This document shows, in pieces, positions 1-15,137 of a stretch of 64,000 nucleotides of DNA. The stretch is from Eledone cirrhosa. Its lineage: Eukaryota. Location of the stretch: positions 81,096,001 to 81,160,000 of the forward strand of contig OZ024747.1 of NCBI GenBank assembly GCA_964016885.1, given 5' to 3'. A program made the position numbers and the translations under genes. The notes under the pieces were generated by a model. It made no database searches, was not told where the DNA came from, and was given only the letters and a program-made list of their open reading frames with translations. The number at the start of each line of letters is the position of its first letter. Position 1 is the stretch's first letter.

Positions 1-1520
<1,520 letters not shown>

Positions 1521-1948
1521 TACATATATGCATGTGTAAATTTAGTTATTGAAATATATTTGATATATATATGCACCAAATTCTCTGTGTGAATATCAAA
1601 TTAATGTAATTTCTAGATTTGTTATGTCCTGTAAAAAATTAAGAGCTCATAGCTGGACAGAGAAAGCATTTTAGCAAATATGGATATAAGTATGTGCAAA
1701 TGGAAGCTATGTTGATAATTCTTAAGAGATTATTAATATAGCAATACAGCTAGAAGCTTAAAATCTGTTGGTATATGGATACATATTTGTATATTTAAAA
1801 TAAGTTGACTCATGCTGTGAGATGAATAGAAATTGTATTAATAACACACACTCTCTCTCATACATGCACACAAACACACACACATATATATATGTATATA
1901 TATATATACGATATTAACAAATGGAAACTATATTTATAAAACCATATT

Positions 1949-2013
1949 TATTTCATTATACATATTTCAAGGATACCAAGTTAAATTATGGTATGCCTTC
2001 ATCAGACAAAATA
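1949..2013 (-). ncRNA. Minimal type-I hammerhead ribozyme (mirror copy)
   Basis: Reverse complement of 2117-2181 within the palindrome. Confidence 0.8.
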
Positions 2014-2116
2014 CAATATATACCAGTTTTATAAATAAACATTAACGTACCCTTTTCAAAATGCGACATTTTGAAAAGGGTACGTCAATGTGTATTTATA
2101 AAACTGGTATATATTG

Positions 2117-2181
2117 TATTTTGTCTGATGAAGGCATACCATAATTTAACTTGGTATCCTTGAAATATGTATAATGAAATA
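2117..2181 (+). ncRNA. Minimal type-I hammerhead ribozyme
   Basis: Stem I TATTTTGT/ATGAAATA; CTGATGA 2125-2131; 10-bp stem II with one mismatch; GAAA 2162-2165; short stem III; ATA triplet; AATAAA follows. Confidence 0.8.
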
Positions 2182-2334
2182 AATATGGTTTTATAAATAT
2201 AGTTTCCATTTGTTAATATCGTATATCTACTCCAAATACTTGTCGAGTGCTTTATATCAGTTATAAAAATATTTACTTGTTGTATCCCAACAATTTAAAT
2301 AGAACTTTTGCATATATATATATATATATATATA

Positions 2335-2434
2335 CAGAGTGTCCCACCAAAATGTATACACACTTTGATTACGTGTACAGGCAATATTTATTAGAATGCT
2401 GTTGAAGTGTGTATACATTTGCTGGGATACCCTC
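2335..2434. mobile_element. Tc1/mariner-type MITE (~100 bp)
   Basis: TIRs CAGAGTGTCCCACCAAAATGTATACACACTT / AAGTGTGTATACATTTGCTGGGATACCCTC; preceded by TA. Confidence 0.7.
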
Positions 2435-4131
2435 TCTCTATATATATATGACTAGCGTAGACATAATTTCCAAGAGAAATGTGCTACTGACAATTGTCCA
2501 GTGTTGTGAGAAATCAGAGCACACACTTGACTGAGATACAAGGATGTTATTAAACATAAAAAAAGAGTGGATATTGACACAACTAAGAGCTGGACAACAA
2601 CCATTAAGGACAGAAGCTGGAGGAGATTGGTTCTCTTTAGGTATCACAACCTATGGCATTTCACATCGACAGTCATCATCGACTCTTGACAGCTTGCTGA
2701 AATGTGTGGGTTAGTATACAAGTTAGTGTTTTACAATGTGAAGTTGTTATCCAATTTGGGAAACATGCAACAGTCTCCTTCAGTTTTCTTTTTGCTGAAG
2801 CTTTCAAAATTCTGGAGTTCTTCTTTGGCATGTGACTTCATCTGAAACTGAGCCATTTTAGTCATAAAAACATGCACACACACACACACAAAAATGTTAT
2901 ATACAATTTTTGTTAATTTAATTGTAGCAAACTTTTTGTCACACCATGGCAACATGGTGCTTGAGATAATTCCTCTACAATTGAGTTATATTGGAATTGT
3001 GAATACACAACTAGTAGGACAATGGGGGAAGATTAGGTGGAGTGTTGCATGAAATATATTTTTGGTATTAAGTTGTTTCCATTTGATGGTAGTATTAGTA
3101 GTAGAGTATATGGTGGGGACACACTGTAATATAGTTTATTACAGCTAATTCTTTTATTGGTCTAAAGCATTATGTCATTCTGGCAATGCTGGAGTTCTAC
3201 AAATGATATTGCAGATTTATAAGATTAAATGGTTATGTTCGTGCTTCAAAACATTCAGATGGCATTGTTTTTGAGGAATTTGTATATGTTTAGATAAAGC
3301 CATGCAATAATGACCATGTTGAATTTCAATTGACCATGTTGAAAATGACCATGTTGAAAATATTCATAATAATCCTATTCCATTAGTATAAATCACTGCT
3401 GGGGCAATTCTCCAAATAAGTTACTTAAAATATGTAATTATCTTCATCCGTCAACTACAAACAACAAGAAAGCAACACATACACACACAATATCCCTTTA
3501 ACCAGCTGTAGAGATTGGATAAATGCAGTTGCTAAAAACTCAGTTGTTTTTTTAAGAAGAAGAAAAAAACATCTGAAAATGTGCATGTATTAGCACATAT
3601 AGGCATGTATATTTGTGTATTAATGTGTGCATATTTTCAATTTTCTCAGTTGATGTTTGATATATCATGAAACAAGAAGAAAGCTGATTGACAGCAAGAT
3701 ATCACCTCAACCAACTCCTCACCATTACAAAAAAAAATGATCAAAATTGAATAAATAAAATGAAAAAAATATGATGCCACTCCTCACAAAGAATTGATGT
3801 GCATCCTTTCAAAGTCAGAATGTAACATGGTCAAAAATAATTAGATTTCTGATAATGTTTGAAGATGTGAGCCAGCTGAAAACTAATATTTGAGTCAATA
3901 CAGAGAAAGGAGCTTCTCTGTCAGTAGTTTTTGTTGTTGTTGGTCTTGTATTCATTCTTTTCTTTTTGTTCCTTAGTTTTAATACAGGGGAGAAATAACA
4001 ACAGGGGGTTTCATACATTGTTATCAACATCTGTGTAGGTATTAGTTGAATAAGGTGAAAATTATTATTATGATAAATATAGAAATTTTGGTTGAATGAC
4101 ACAAATTGAAAGAGCTCCAGTATTATTTCAT

Positions 4132-4318
4132 GTGGATTGGCAGTATCAGTAGGGGGTCGGACGCCATGCTTTGACACATAGAGTTACAGCCCTTTCCATT
4201 CTGAGTTCAAATCCCGCCGAGGTTAACTTTGCCTTTTGTCTTTACAGGGTCGATAAAATAAAGTACCAGTAATGCACTGGATAATTGCTGGCTTTGTGCC
4301 AAAAGTAGAAATAATTAT
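4132..4318 (+). mobile_element. tRNA-derived SINE family A (Nin/Deu-domain-like, TAA-rich tail)
   Basis: tRNA-like head with box B GAGTTCAAATCC, then GCCTTT..GGGTCGATAAAATAAAGTACCAG; about 20 copies in the window. Confidence 0.85.
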
Positions 4319-4529
4319 TTCATTTTCACTCCCTCTGGAACGGAAGGTAACTATATTCAGTTACAATCTTTTTAAGTTGAATTCACATACTCCAAACAAT
4401 GAATAAACCAAATACCAGTAAAATATTGAGGTTAGTTTAAGGTTGACCATACATTTTCCCTACATCATGCATCGTTATGATTATTATCTTTGTTGTTGGT
4501 TTCTTTAATGAATGCCATCATTACTGTCA

Positions 4530-4925
4530 TAATAATTGTTTCTACTTTAGGCACAAGGCCAGCAATTACCCAGTGCGTTACTGGTACTTTATTTTATCGA
4601 CCCCGTAAGGATGAAAGGCAAAGTCAACCTCGGCGGGATTTGAACACAGATCGTAAAGGGACGTAACTATGCTGGAAAGCATGGCGTCCGACCCTCTACC
4701 GATACTGCCAATCCACCGCCCTGTCATTACTGTCATAATAATGTTTCTACTTGTGGCACAAGGCCAGCAATTAGCCCTGTACATTACTGGTACTTTATTT
4801 TATTGACCCGGTAAGGGTGAAAGGCAAAGCTAACTTTGACAGGATTTGAACTCAGAACATAAAGGGCCATAACTCTATGCTGCAAAGCATGGTGTCTGAC
4901 GATCTACCGATTCTACCAATCCACA
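4530..4925 (-). mobile_element. Two tandem SINE family A copies
   Basis: Reverse-complement matches to 4132-4318; repeat CATTACTGTCATAATAAT at about 4519 and 4726. Confidence 0.85.
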
Positions 4926-6917
4926 GATCTAGGAGACAAATATATTCCTTCCATTGTTGTTAAGGGTGATGGCATGGGAGAAATGATAGATGATTGTGTG
5001 ATGTGTGAAAAACTTGGCTGCTATTTCTAGCAGAAGAGCATCTACCAAACAACAGATGTCTGCACTAAATAACTTATGGGGTGGATGGAGAGTGGAAATG
5101 CCGAATGGCTACACTGATATTTTCAGACAGGATTAGAATGAGTGGGAATATTGTTTCTGAGAGACACATATTGAGGCCCAAATTATAGGCCAGCTATCCT
5201 ATGTGTCCTGACAAACATTCAATACACAGATTTCTTAAGATGTTAGGAAAACTTCTTGGAGATATTAGTGTTAATGAGGATTGGGTTGTATGAAAGGTCC
5301 TCCATCGATATATCCATGGGCCCTAAATTCCTGATAGAGTTGAAGAGGAACTGTTATGAGATACAGAATGTGTTGTACATAGAAACCTATTGGAGGCAAT
5401 CTCACTCCAGATCTAAACCCAGCTGATATATCTTTTGATTAATTTTTTCTTTCTTGTTATTTATTTATTTTCAAGAGAGAGAGGGGGGGGAGTGTGTGTG
5501 AACTGCCTCCAATATTGGGCTGGTACCTTTTCATTGATCCAAAAAAGATGAAAGGCAAACCATGCATCTACCCCAAAAATTCTTGTTAGATTTTGTCTGC
5601 ATAACGATGAACTCTGGCAAATTGGTGGAAATGGTTAATGTCATAATTTGAGAAAGCAACCATTTGGTGAAGTCATGGTTTGTTACTGAAAGCTGAATGA
5701 AATGTTTTTTGCAATGAACACCCACACTAACCAGATTACATAGTAAAGAATTGGTTGTCAGCCTTGAGGCAGTCATGGACTCTCCTACAAATGACAACAA
5801 CAAACATTTTAAAATAAGTTTCCCAGCTTAAGCAAGGATTAGTCTTGATGCCTCCACAACTGGCATCATACTCGACATGGGGTCATTTTTTGAGATAATG
5901 TTTTACAGCTGGATGTTGTACCTGGTGTCAACACTTGAAATTGCCTCTTATGGCATACAATGATATTATGTGCCTATTCTAACTGGATACACACAGTTGT
6001 GGGAGGAAGACATAACAATAATAGCCTATTTTAAAGTTCAAAAAGGAAATTCAAATTGTTATCCATTAGGTTCAGTAGCAATGTAGGGAACTAGAACAGA
6101 GAGGATATAATAGATAAACAATGAGATTAGACGACTTTCTAAGAAAAGGAGATAAAGCTGATTGAATTGAATCAAATTCAATAAAAAACTGGTACTTCTG
6201 ATGAAATGCAAATATTCTGCAAACACAAATACAAAACTATATGATGTAATGCACTCCCCAGATCAAATCCTGCCAAAATCTAGAAAATTATACCAATAAC
6301 ATCCTTCAATGGATGCTATTCACTTTGCTAAATACATTGCCTCCCACAACTGGCATTCATGCCTATATCAAACATATTTTTTTTATATACTTTTTCATAT
6401 ATTTAATACTTTACATTTTATAGTTATATTTTATTTATCATTTGTTTTATTTATCATTTACTTATCTCTCTCTCACCTTAAATCTTCTATTTTGCTTTCC
6501 TTGCCTTTATCTCTCTCTTTCCCAACCTCATTCTCTCTGTTGCGCTTATATTATAGTGTCATCTGAATTCTGGACCCAGTCAGTGTCTTTCAGTCATTTT
6601 ACAAGCAAATTATTGTAATAACAGCTTTGGCATCTCAACCATAAATCCTCTAACTTTGTGTCATAAACAATCGAAATCCTGTGTACAACAATTGCAGGAA
6701 GCTTGCAAATTGTGTTAATTCTTTTCAATGCAGTTTCTGCACTAATGAGTTCATTGTTAGCATGCAAGCAATGTCAGTTGAAATGGTAGAAAAGGCTTTC
6801 ATTATAGGACAATGCAACAAATTCCAATGACCATACTTTGTGTAAAGTTGTTGGAGTCAGGCACCTACTTAAATGCACATACATATAAGATATATATATA
6901 CAAAAATACACAAATAT

Positions 6918-6996
<79 letters not shown>

Positions 6997-7354
6997 TATA
7001 TGTGTGTGTGTGTATATGTCTGTAAACACAGTCAACAAAGACTATGAAACTTATTTTTTTTAATGTAAAACACATACCATATATATATACAGTATATATA
7101 TATATATACACAGTATCATAGTACCTATCAAAAATGATAGTGTCTAGTAAAAAAAAGCCTCATGACCCTCGAAAACATCATTTTATATCTATTTTTCTAT
7201 GTTTGCTAATAAATATTTATATACATATATATATATATGTATATGTGTGAGTGTGTGTATGTGTGTGTGTTTGTACGTGTATGTGGAGGGTATATTTTCA
7301 TTCAATAATCCATGCTGGTTGATCAAATGAGTACAGGCTGAAGTATACATATAG

Positions 7355-7745
7355 TATTAATCCCCCACCCCAGTGTATAACTGGTACTTTATTTTATCGA
7401 TCCTGTAAAGATGAAAGGGAAAGTTAACTATGGCAGGAATTGAACTCAGAATGTAAAGGGCCATAACTCTATGCTGCAAAGCATGGTACCTGATGTTCTA
7501 CTGCTACTGCCAATACACCACTAATAATGGTTTCTTATATAGGCACAAGGCCAGTAATTTGGGGGGAGGGGAAAGTCGATTAAATTGACCCCAGTGCGTG
7601 ACTGGTACTTTATTTTATCCACCCCCGTAAGGATGAAAGGCAAAGTTAACCTTGGCGGGATTTGAGCTCAGATCATAAAGAGCCGTAACTCTATGCTGCA
7701 AAGCATGGCGTCCGACCCTCTACCGATACTACCAATCCACCACCC
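7355..7745 (-). mobile_element. Two tandem SINE family A copies (long variant)
   Basis: Homology to family A; TSD CAATACACCACTAATAATG at about 7512 and 7747. Confidence 0.85.
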
Positions 7746-8301
7746 TCAATACACCACTAATAATGAAGCATCTTAACATTGTCGCTACTCTACATTCTAT
7801 TCCTCCTTCCTTTCCACAACCTCACTTCTCTTAATGAATATTAGTAATGAATCTAGCTTCGTTTTTTTTTTTTTCATTTTTAATGTATCATTGACAGATT
7901 TATGGTTATCGTAAATAGTTTAGCTGGTAGAAAAATAAAAATTTAGAACCGTAGGTTATTAAGTAGATGTTAATCAGACTTATTTGCATAATTAGTGGTG
8001 TAATTTACTGCAATAATTTTTTAAACTATATATCAAAGCAACTAATATATTTAAAAAAGAAAAATAATGAATAAGAAATCAATCAATATATAGAAATAAG
8101 TGGAGAAAAAACAAGCACAACTCAGAAGTATAGATTGAACTAAAGTGAAAATCGAAAAATCTACGAGAAACAAGAACAGTAGAAATGATGTTACTTCATC
8201 ATAATATTTTTTATGATAGAAATCTATATAAATATAGGCATATAGCATGTAACATTCCTCTCTTTCTCTCTCTCTATATATAATATATAATATATATATA
8301 A

Positions 8302-8372
<71 letters not shown>

Positions 8373-8415
8373 TATAAATATATACATGCACACACATACA
8401 TAAATTCAAATGTAT

Positions 8416-8452
<37 letters not shown>

Positions 8453-8628
8453 CACACTCATACACACTAATGCATATACACAAGCACACAAACATTCACT
8501 TATATCTAATTTCTCTCCATCTACATATATGAGTACACCTACTTCATATCAGATACTGACAGCTTGTAGTGTAATTAAAAGTGATTTTGAAATGCCCATA
8601 GGCAGAATATATTTATATGTAATTACCA

Positions 8629-8668
<40 letters not shown>

Positions 8669-8777
8669 GTGTGTGTGTGTATATATATATATGTGCATGT
8701 ATATATATATATATGTGTGTGTGTGTATATATATATGTATATATATATATATATATATATGTGTATATATATATATG

Positions 8778-8825
<48 letters not shown>

Positions 8826-8834
8826 TGTATATAC

Positions 8835-8865
<31 letters not shown>

Positions 8866-8922
8866 CACACACATATATATATATACATGCAATTATATAT
8901 ATAATTTCATAAATAAATAGAA

Positions 8923-8954
<32 letters not shown>

Positions 8955-10032
8955 GTATATTTCTATTTATTTATGAAATTATATATAAATAATAGGAAAT
9001 GCTTTATAAAACCAAAATGACAACAAGAAAAAACATCACAATCAAGTGTAATAGAGAAAGAAACTTTAGAAATATATAACAGTGTTAAGCCATGACAACA
9101 ACAACTGTGATAACCAAAATCACTAAAAAGATAACAATAACAAAAATAAACTCACACACAAACATACACAATATTGGCTGGCGAAAATTAAACTAATTGA
9201 TGTAAAAGGATTTGAAATCTGAAACAAAATTGCAAAAACAAATGAAAACAAAAAAATAAAGTAGAGAAAAGTAAAAAAAGGAAAAGTAATCACACAGCAT
9301 AAACAACAATGAAAACAAAAACAACAGTATGAACAACTAAAATAAAAATATAAACAATATATATACATATAATAAGACAAGGAAGTGAAGTTAAACCCTG
9401 TTGTAAATTTTGAAATTTCACTAAGGTTTTTGTTTTTATCATCAATTTTCTCCAGTAAAGTTTTCAACAAATAAGATTAAATTGAACAACCTGAGCTAGT
9501 CTCTAATGGATTGGACTGCAATAGCATGAGGAATCTATTAACTGCTTTCCATTTCTTTTTCTTAATGTATATACTTAAGTTTTATATTACTTATCAGTGT
9601 TTCTATGTATCTCTGAAGTACATATGCATGTATATAGACACATACAACCCTATATAAAGATATATTTGTATACATATATATCATCACCATCATTTTATGC
9701 ATGTTTTCCATGCTAGCATGGGTTGGATAGGTTATCATGGTCCGAGATATAACAGGGCAGATAACCACGTCTTGATTATATGTTCAGTATTGTAACGTGA
9801 TTTCTATGATGGGATACTCTTCTTAAAATATGAATACACATACACACACACATTCCCACCCACACACACACATATATATATATATACATATATTAACTTA
9901 TCAACCAAAAACCAAATGCATTATATATAAAAATTTGTTTCTTTGATTTATTGAGGACCTTAATTCTAGTGGCTATGAATTTAGTGTATCCCTGTAACTT
10001 CTCTGTCTCTCGGGACAGATTACAAATGAGTC

Positions 10033-10080
10033 ATCACTTCCTCATGAGACTTCAAAAAGGGTTGAAACTCTTAGAATGAT
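10033..10080 (+). ncRNA. Degenerate hammerhead ribozyme (G5>C)
   Basis: ATCACTTC-CTCATGA-GACTT..GGGTT-GAAA-CTCT-TA-GAATGAT. Confidence 0.45.
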
Positions 10081-10761
10081 CTCTGTTGTTCTGTCATGGA
10101 AAATATTGTATAAACAACTGATCTTCACAATTGATTTAATTCAGTTTAATTTAGACATTTCGTGTTGCCAGATTTGAAGTCCCTTATATATTAACAATAA
10201 AATTATCTTACCAATCAGACTGCTAACAGTCTAACTAACTTATTGGAATCTAGAGAATTTATATTCCAAATCTATACAATTTATTCTATATTTAATCTTT
10301 AGTTGAATTGTTATTTTTACAAGCCCACTGAAGTGGACATCTATATTTATAGGATTAAATTAATTTTTCTGAGCAAATGTTTTTCAACAAAATTATTTTT
10401 CTACTACTAACAACTAAATAAAAGAACCTGTCTTTTGTTCAGCCAGCCAACCTGAATGAAGCAAGATATGTCTTAATAGAGGTAAAAACATACAGGCTGT
10501 AATAAAATTTGAATGATGCTGTGGACAATTACCCAATATCCTTAATTTCCCAGTTATAGTGTTTTATATATATTTTTACTTATATAAAAAAGTAACAACA
10601 TTTATAACTATACACAATTTGACAGAGGTTCTGTCACAGAAATTTTTTTAGACTGGTTATAGGTAGTGTCTTTGATGTTTGTAGATAGTAATGTATGGAG
10701 TTGTATCAGATACTAAATTTTGACAATATAGAAAATGATATTCAATGTTAACGTTTGCTTT

Positions 10762-10941
10762 TTGGCAGTATCGGTAGAGGGTTGGACGCCATGCTTTCCA
10801 GCATAGTTACGTCCCTTTACGATCTGAGTTCAAATCCCGCCGAGGTTGACTTTGCCTTTCATCCTTACGGGGTCGATAAAATAAAGTACCAGTAATGCAC
10901 TGGGTAATTGCTGGCCTTGTGCCTAAAGTAGAAACAATTAA
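10762..10941 (+). mobile_element. SINE family A
   Basis: Near-identical to other copies. Confidence 0.88.
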
Positions 10942-13559
10942 TTCATGAATTCTGAGTAAAAGTTAATAGCAATGATCTTCTAAATCATTATGAAATAGTA
11001 AATTATTTAGCTATATCTCATTAATTGATATAAATATTTTATAAATGATAATCTAATTAAGATTGTATATATGCTATGATTAAATATGTGTTGAAAGAAC
11101 GCACGTTACATTTATTTGTTACTTAAAAGATAATAATATCAATGTACATTTTCATTTCTGCATGCGTAAGTGATTAGCTTTCCACTTTTAAGTTATCACA
11201 TTTCAGATATAAAGCAATATTTTAAATGTTGGAATATAAACTATACAACTCTATGGGTTCTGCATTTGAGATGCTTACATTGAATTTCAGAACAATGAAA
11301 GTTTGTAAATTTGAACTTCACAAAGTTGATTCTTTGTTACTTATTCAGCTATTATTAAGAATGGGCACAGCATTGTTGAGTAGTTAAGGACTTCTTTCTG
11401 CAGTCATTAGGTCATGTGTTTGATTCCACAGCTATGCATTTTGAGCAAGTGTCATTTACCTTAGCCTCAAGTTAGCCCATGCTTTGTGAGTGAAATTGAA
11501 TAAATAGAAACTGTTTGGATGTCCACAGAATGGACTGTACCAGTAATTCAATGGGTCATCCTTCTCACACTGAATATCCTTGAGAATTATTTTAATGTTC
11601 AGTTATTTACATGTTTTTTTTTTATAAGCTGGCTGATACCTTGATTAAACAACTGGCAAACGCATTGTTGAAACCTGTTGGTTTCCTCACATGGGTTTTA
11701 ACCACATAAATAGAATGATGATGATAGCAAATTCCAATTCAGTAGTAGAGTTTGATGCAAATCTAGCCTAATCTTTTAGTGCTTGGCAACATGTGTCTGA
11801 TATTTTTTATCTCTGTTCTTTTAAAATATAATTGTTTCTACTTTGGACATTAAATGATGATGGATATATGTTAGGCCTAGTAGCACATCAAGCCAGACTT
11901 TTTACCAGTTTCATGTGAAATTCAGTGACTGATAGTTCAAGACTCTCCTTTGGATGGAATACCAGTCAATTGCAAAGTTAACTCTGAAATGCTGTTACTT
12001 AATTTTAGATAAGCAGACTAGAGCAACATGAAATGAATTTCCTTGCTCAAAGACACAATGTGCTGTTCTGTCTGGGTATAAAACTTGTGATTTTATGATC
12101 ATGGAATTAACACTCTAACCACAAAGCTGCATATGTCCACATACATAGGTTTGTGTGTGTGTGTGTGCAAAAGATGTAAAATATCATCAAGAAAACTGAC
12201 AAATCAATGCTTTTAAAGTAAAATATCCCCTGCAATATTTGTTCCTCCATGTTAGACAATCTTTTATCACGCTCACCATTAGAAATGCCATGAATCCAGT
12301 GATTAGCTAGTTGAAATGAAGTAACCAACAATTCTATTATTCACAAATTTGCAATATAAATTTAAAATAAAGATAATAAACGAGTTTAATATATATTCTA
12401 ATATTTACAAACATGCCTTATTTATGTTCAGTTAATAACTCAAAATCAGTCATTGACTTAGGGGATTTCAAATCTATGAAGCTTGAATGTCAATGGTTTG
12501 AAACACCAGGGAATGAGTTTCATTGAATGTGTTTCATAGTAGTTCAACTTGTTAAATGATTCAGATACATTGTCAGGTCAGAGAACTGATATGTGTTATT
12601 AATCTTTGACAGTCCTCTGAACATTACTGCTAACAATATGTTTCACAAATGTTGCTTTCATTGTTATCTTATTTGGTATTACTGAGTTTCTTTGTGTATA
12701 CATATATATATGAAGATGATGACAATTACAATATCAGATGATATAACCCATCCTCAGTAGAATATGTTGAATTAGTGTCAAATGATAATGTTGTGTCTGA
12801 TCTACAAAGAATTGAATACAGCTAAATAAGAAAAGTGAAGAAAACAAAAACAATTTTCTTAGACTCAGGAATGAAAAAAAGAAATACAGAAAGAAGGGAA
12901 AAGAAAAAGATAATTCCACAAAGCAATGAGGAAGGAACTGATGATGAATAATTCAAAGACCTGGAAATTGTTAACAGCAAATAAGGTACCACAGCAAAAA
13001 AATTATTTCTATTTATTGTTGTTATTCTTGTTGTTCATATAACACCTGCTGCTCTCATAGCAGAACAAGCAAGTAGCACTAAGAAATAGTTGTGGAAAAC
13101 ATAATGCTTCATTGATAGAATTAAACAAAGAAAAAGAGACAGAACAATAAATTTATATATTTTTCTGAGATACTTGTCTGTATTGTCTCTTAACCAATTC
13201 AGATGTTTTTATTTTGCCAATTGAAACTGCTTTCTGTTTCTTTATTTTAGAGTTATTTCCATTGGTCTATGTTTTTTTTTGTTTTTTTTTTGTATTTGCT
13301 TAAATTTATGTTTAGTTTAGTTTGTAAAAGATCTTTCTTATCTACTTCTTTGTTTTATTTATTATTTATTATTTATTCATTCATTTAAAAAATAACAATA
13401 TGAGAATATTAAAAGTATTAAAAAGTCTAAACACATTACATTTATGGTTCAGAAATTTTGAAATTACACGGTGTAAATATAAGAGATTACTGTTACAAAA
13501 AAGAAATAATCTATTATACAAGATTATCTAGAATTGTGTGTGTATGAGGTAGAGTTGGA

Positions 13560-13895
13560 AAATATTTATAATTCTGTCTGGCAACCTTTATCACAGACAT
13601 ACAACCACAATTGTTCACGAAGAGATCACAGCTCAGGTACTAAGAACATGGGGTTAGAATGTCTAAAGAAAGAATCCCCATATAGATTTTACAGGTAGAG
13701 TCAACTAGCTGAAGACCCAGAAACAGCTGGTCTTGTTACGGGTATCCAGCTGGATTATTTGGAGGTGGTTGTTTCTGAGAGGACGCTTTGGAAGGGGTGT
13801 CTGCGGATTTTACTCCACGACCATCTGAAGAAGAAGAAGAAGAAGAAGAAGAAGAAGAAGAAGAAGAAGAAGATAATGATGATGATGATGATGAA
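13560..13895 (+). mobile_element. Decayed RTE (Rex3/Expander-like) 3' end with (GAA)n/(GAT)n tail
   Basis: LEVVVSERTLWKGCLRIL resembles RTE C-termini and is followed directly by a trinucleotide tail. Confidence 0.45.
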
Positions 13896-14473
13896 TGAAA
13901 ATGGTTTAAGAATAAACTTCCCTTTTGAGACAATTAAAATCTGTTGTAACTGTATTTTCAAAGTTATTACACTCTTACACTCATCTGAACTGTTTGATAT
14001 AAACTGTAAAGTGTTATTCGTAGAAAACTAGAAAGTGTGAAGATTATTTTTGTGTTATCAGACTAAAGTGTATATAATAATCATAATGAATTTATCAATA
14101 CTTTGTTACGCACCGAACTTATACTATTTGCATTTTATTTATACATTGTATTTCAACAACATCGCCCAGATAGTCATTTGACAGGTTTTCTGTATGTGTG
14201 CATCGCCATGTATGTATGAGTGTGTGTCTGTAGGTGTGTGTGTGTGCATGTGTATGTAAATATGTGAGTGTGTGCTTATGTGTAATTATTTATAATTCAA
14301 TAACTAATAAATACTAATAATACTCATTAACGTGAGTTTGTATGTGTTGTGAATCTGTATATATATATATACACACACACACATATATATATACACACAC
14401 ACATATATATATACACATACACACACATATATATATACACACACATATATATACACACACATATATATATATC

Positions 14474-14755
14474 TCCAGTTTATTCAGCTGTAGAAATGAG
14501 ATGATAGGACTGGGGTCCCTATCATTCCACTGCAAAGTGGTCGTGGAGGTGCCACTGCAAAAAAGCACCCAGCACTCACTGTAAATGAGGTTGGTGTTAG
14601 GAAGGGCATCCAGCTGTAGAAATTAGAAATCAAGCCAGAATCAGTTCCCATATGAGCAAGACAAGGTCAGCTGACTGGACACCGACCACAACAGAACAAT
14701 CCATCTAACCCATGCTAGCGTGGAAGAACAGACGTAAAACGGTGATGATGATGAT
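14474..14755 (+). mobile_element. SINE family B, 5'-truncated, alternative RTE-type tail
   Basis: Body matches 29915-30306; ends CCCATGCTAGCGTGGAA..GACGTAAAAC(GAT)n. Confidence 0.8.
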
Positions 14756-14869
14756 ATACACATACACACACATACATATATATATACATATACACACACA
14801 TATATATATATTCATACACATACACACACTATATATATACATACTCACACACACATATATATATATATA

Positions 14870-14934
<65 letters not shown>

Positions 14935-15051
14935 ACCATGTTTTCATACCTTACTCTAGTTAGTTTCTTTACTTTTCTCTCCATCTCATCCTCACATCAT
15001 TTATTCTTCTCATTGTCTCCTTACTCCCCTTCTTGTTTCTCTCATAGACAC

Positions 15052-15091
<40 letters not shown>

Positions 15092-15137
15092 CACACATGT
15101 ATACATACATATATATATATATATATACATAGATATA

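Larger units (their letters stand above)
1904..2311 (+). mobile_element. Non-coding PLE-like pLTR element with inverted partial copy (palindrome 1904-2226)
   Basis: About 160-bp arms centred on 2065 with 2 mismatches; (TA)n on both sides; a hammerhead in each arm; unique 3' extension 2227-2311. Confidence 0.75.

Noticed and set aside
2560-2860. Possible exon or RTE C-terminal remnants
   Set aside because: Only faint similarity (KDRSWRRLV); too decayed to call.
4132-4215. tRNA genes
   Set aside because: The box A/B sequences are SINE heads and do not form complete cloverleaves.
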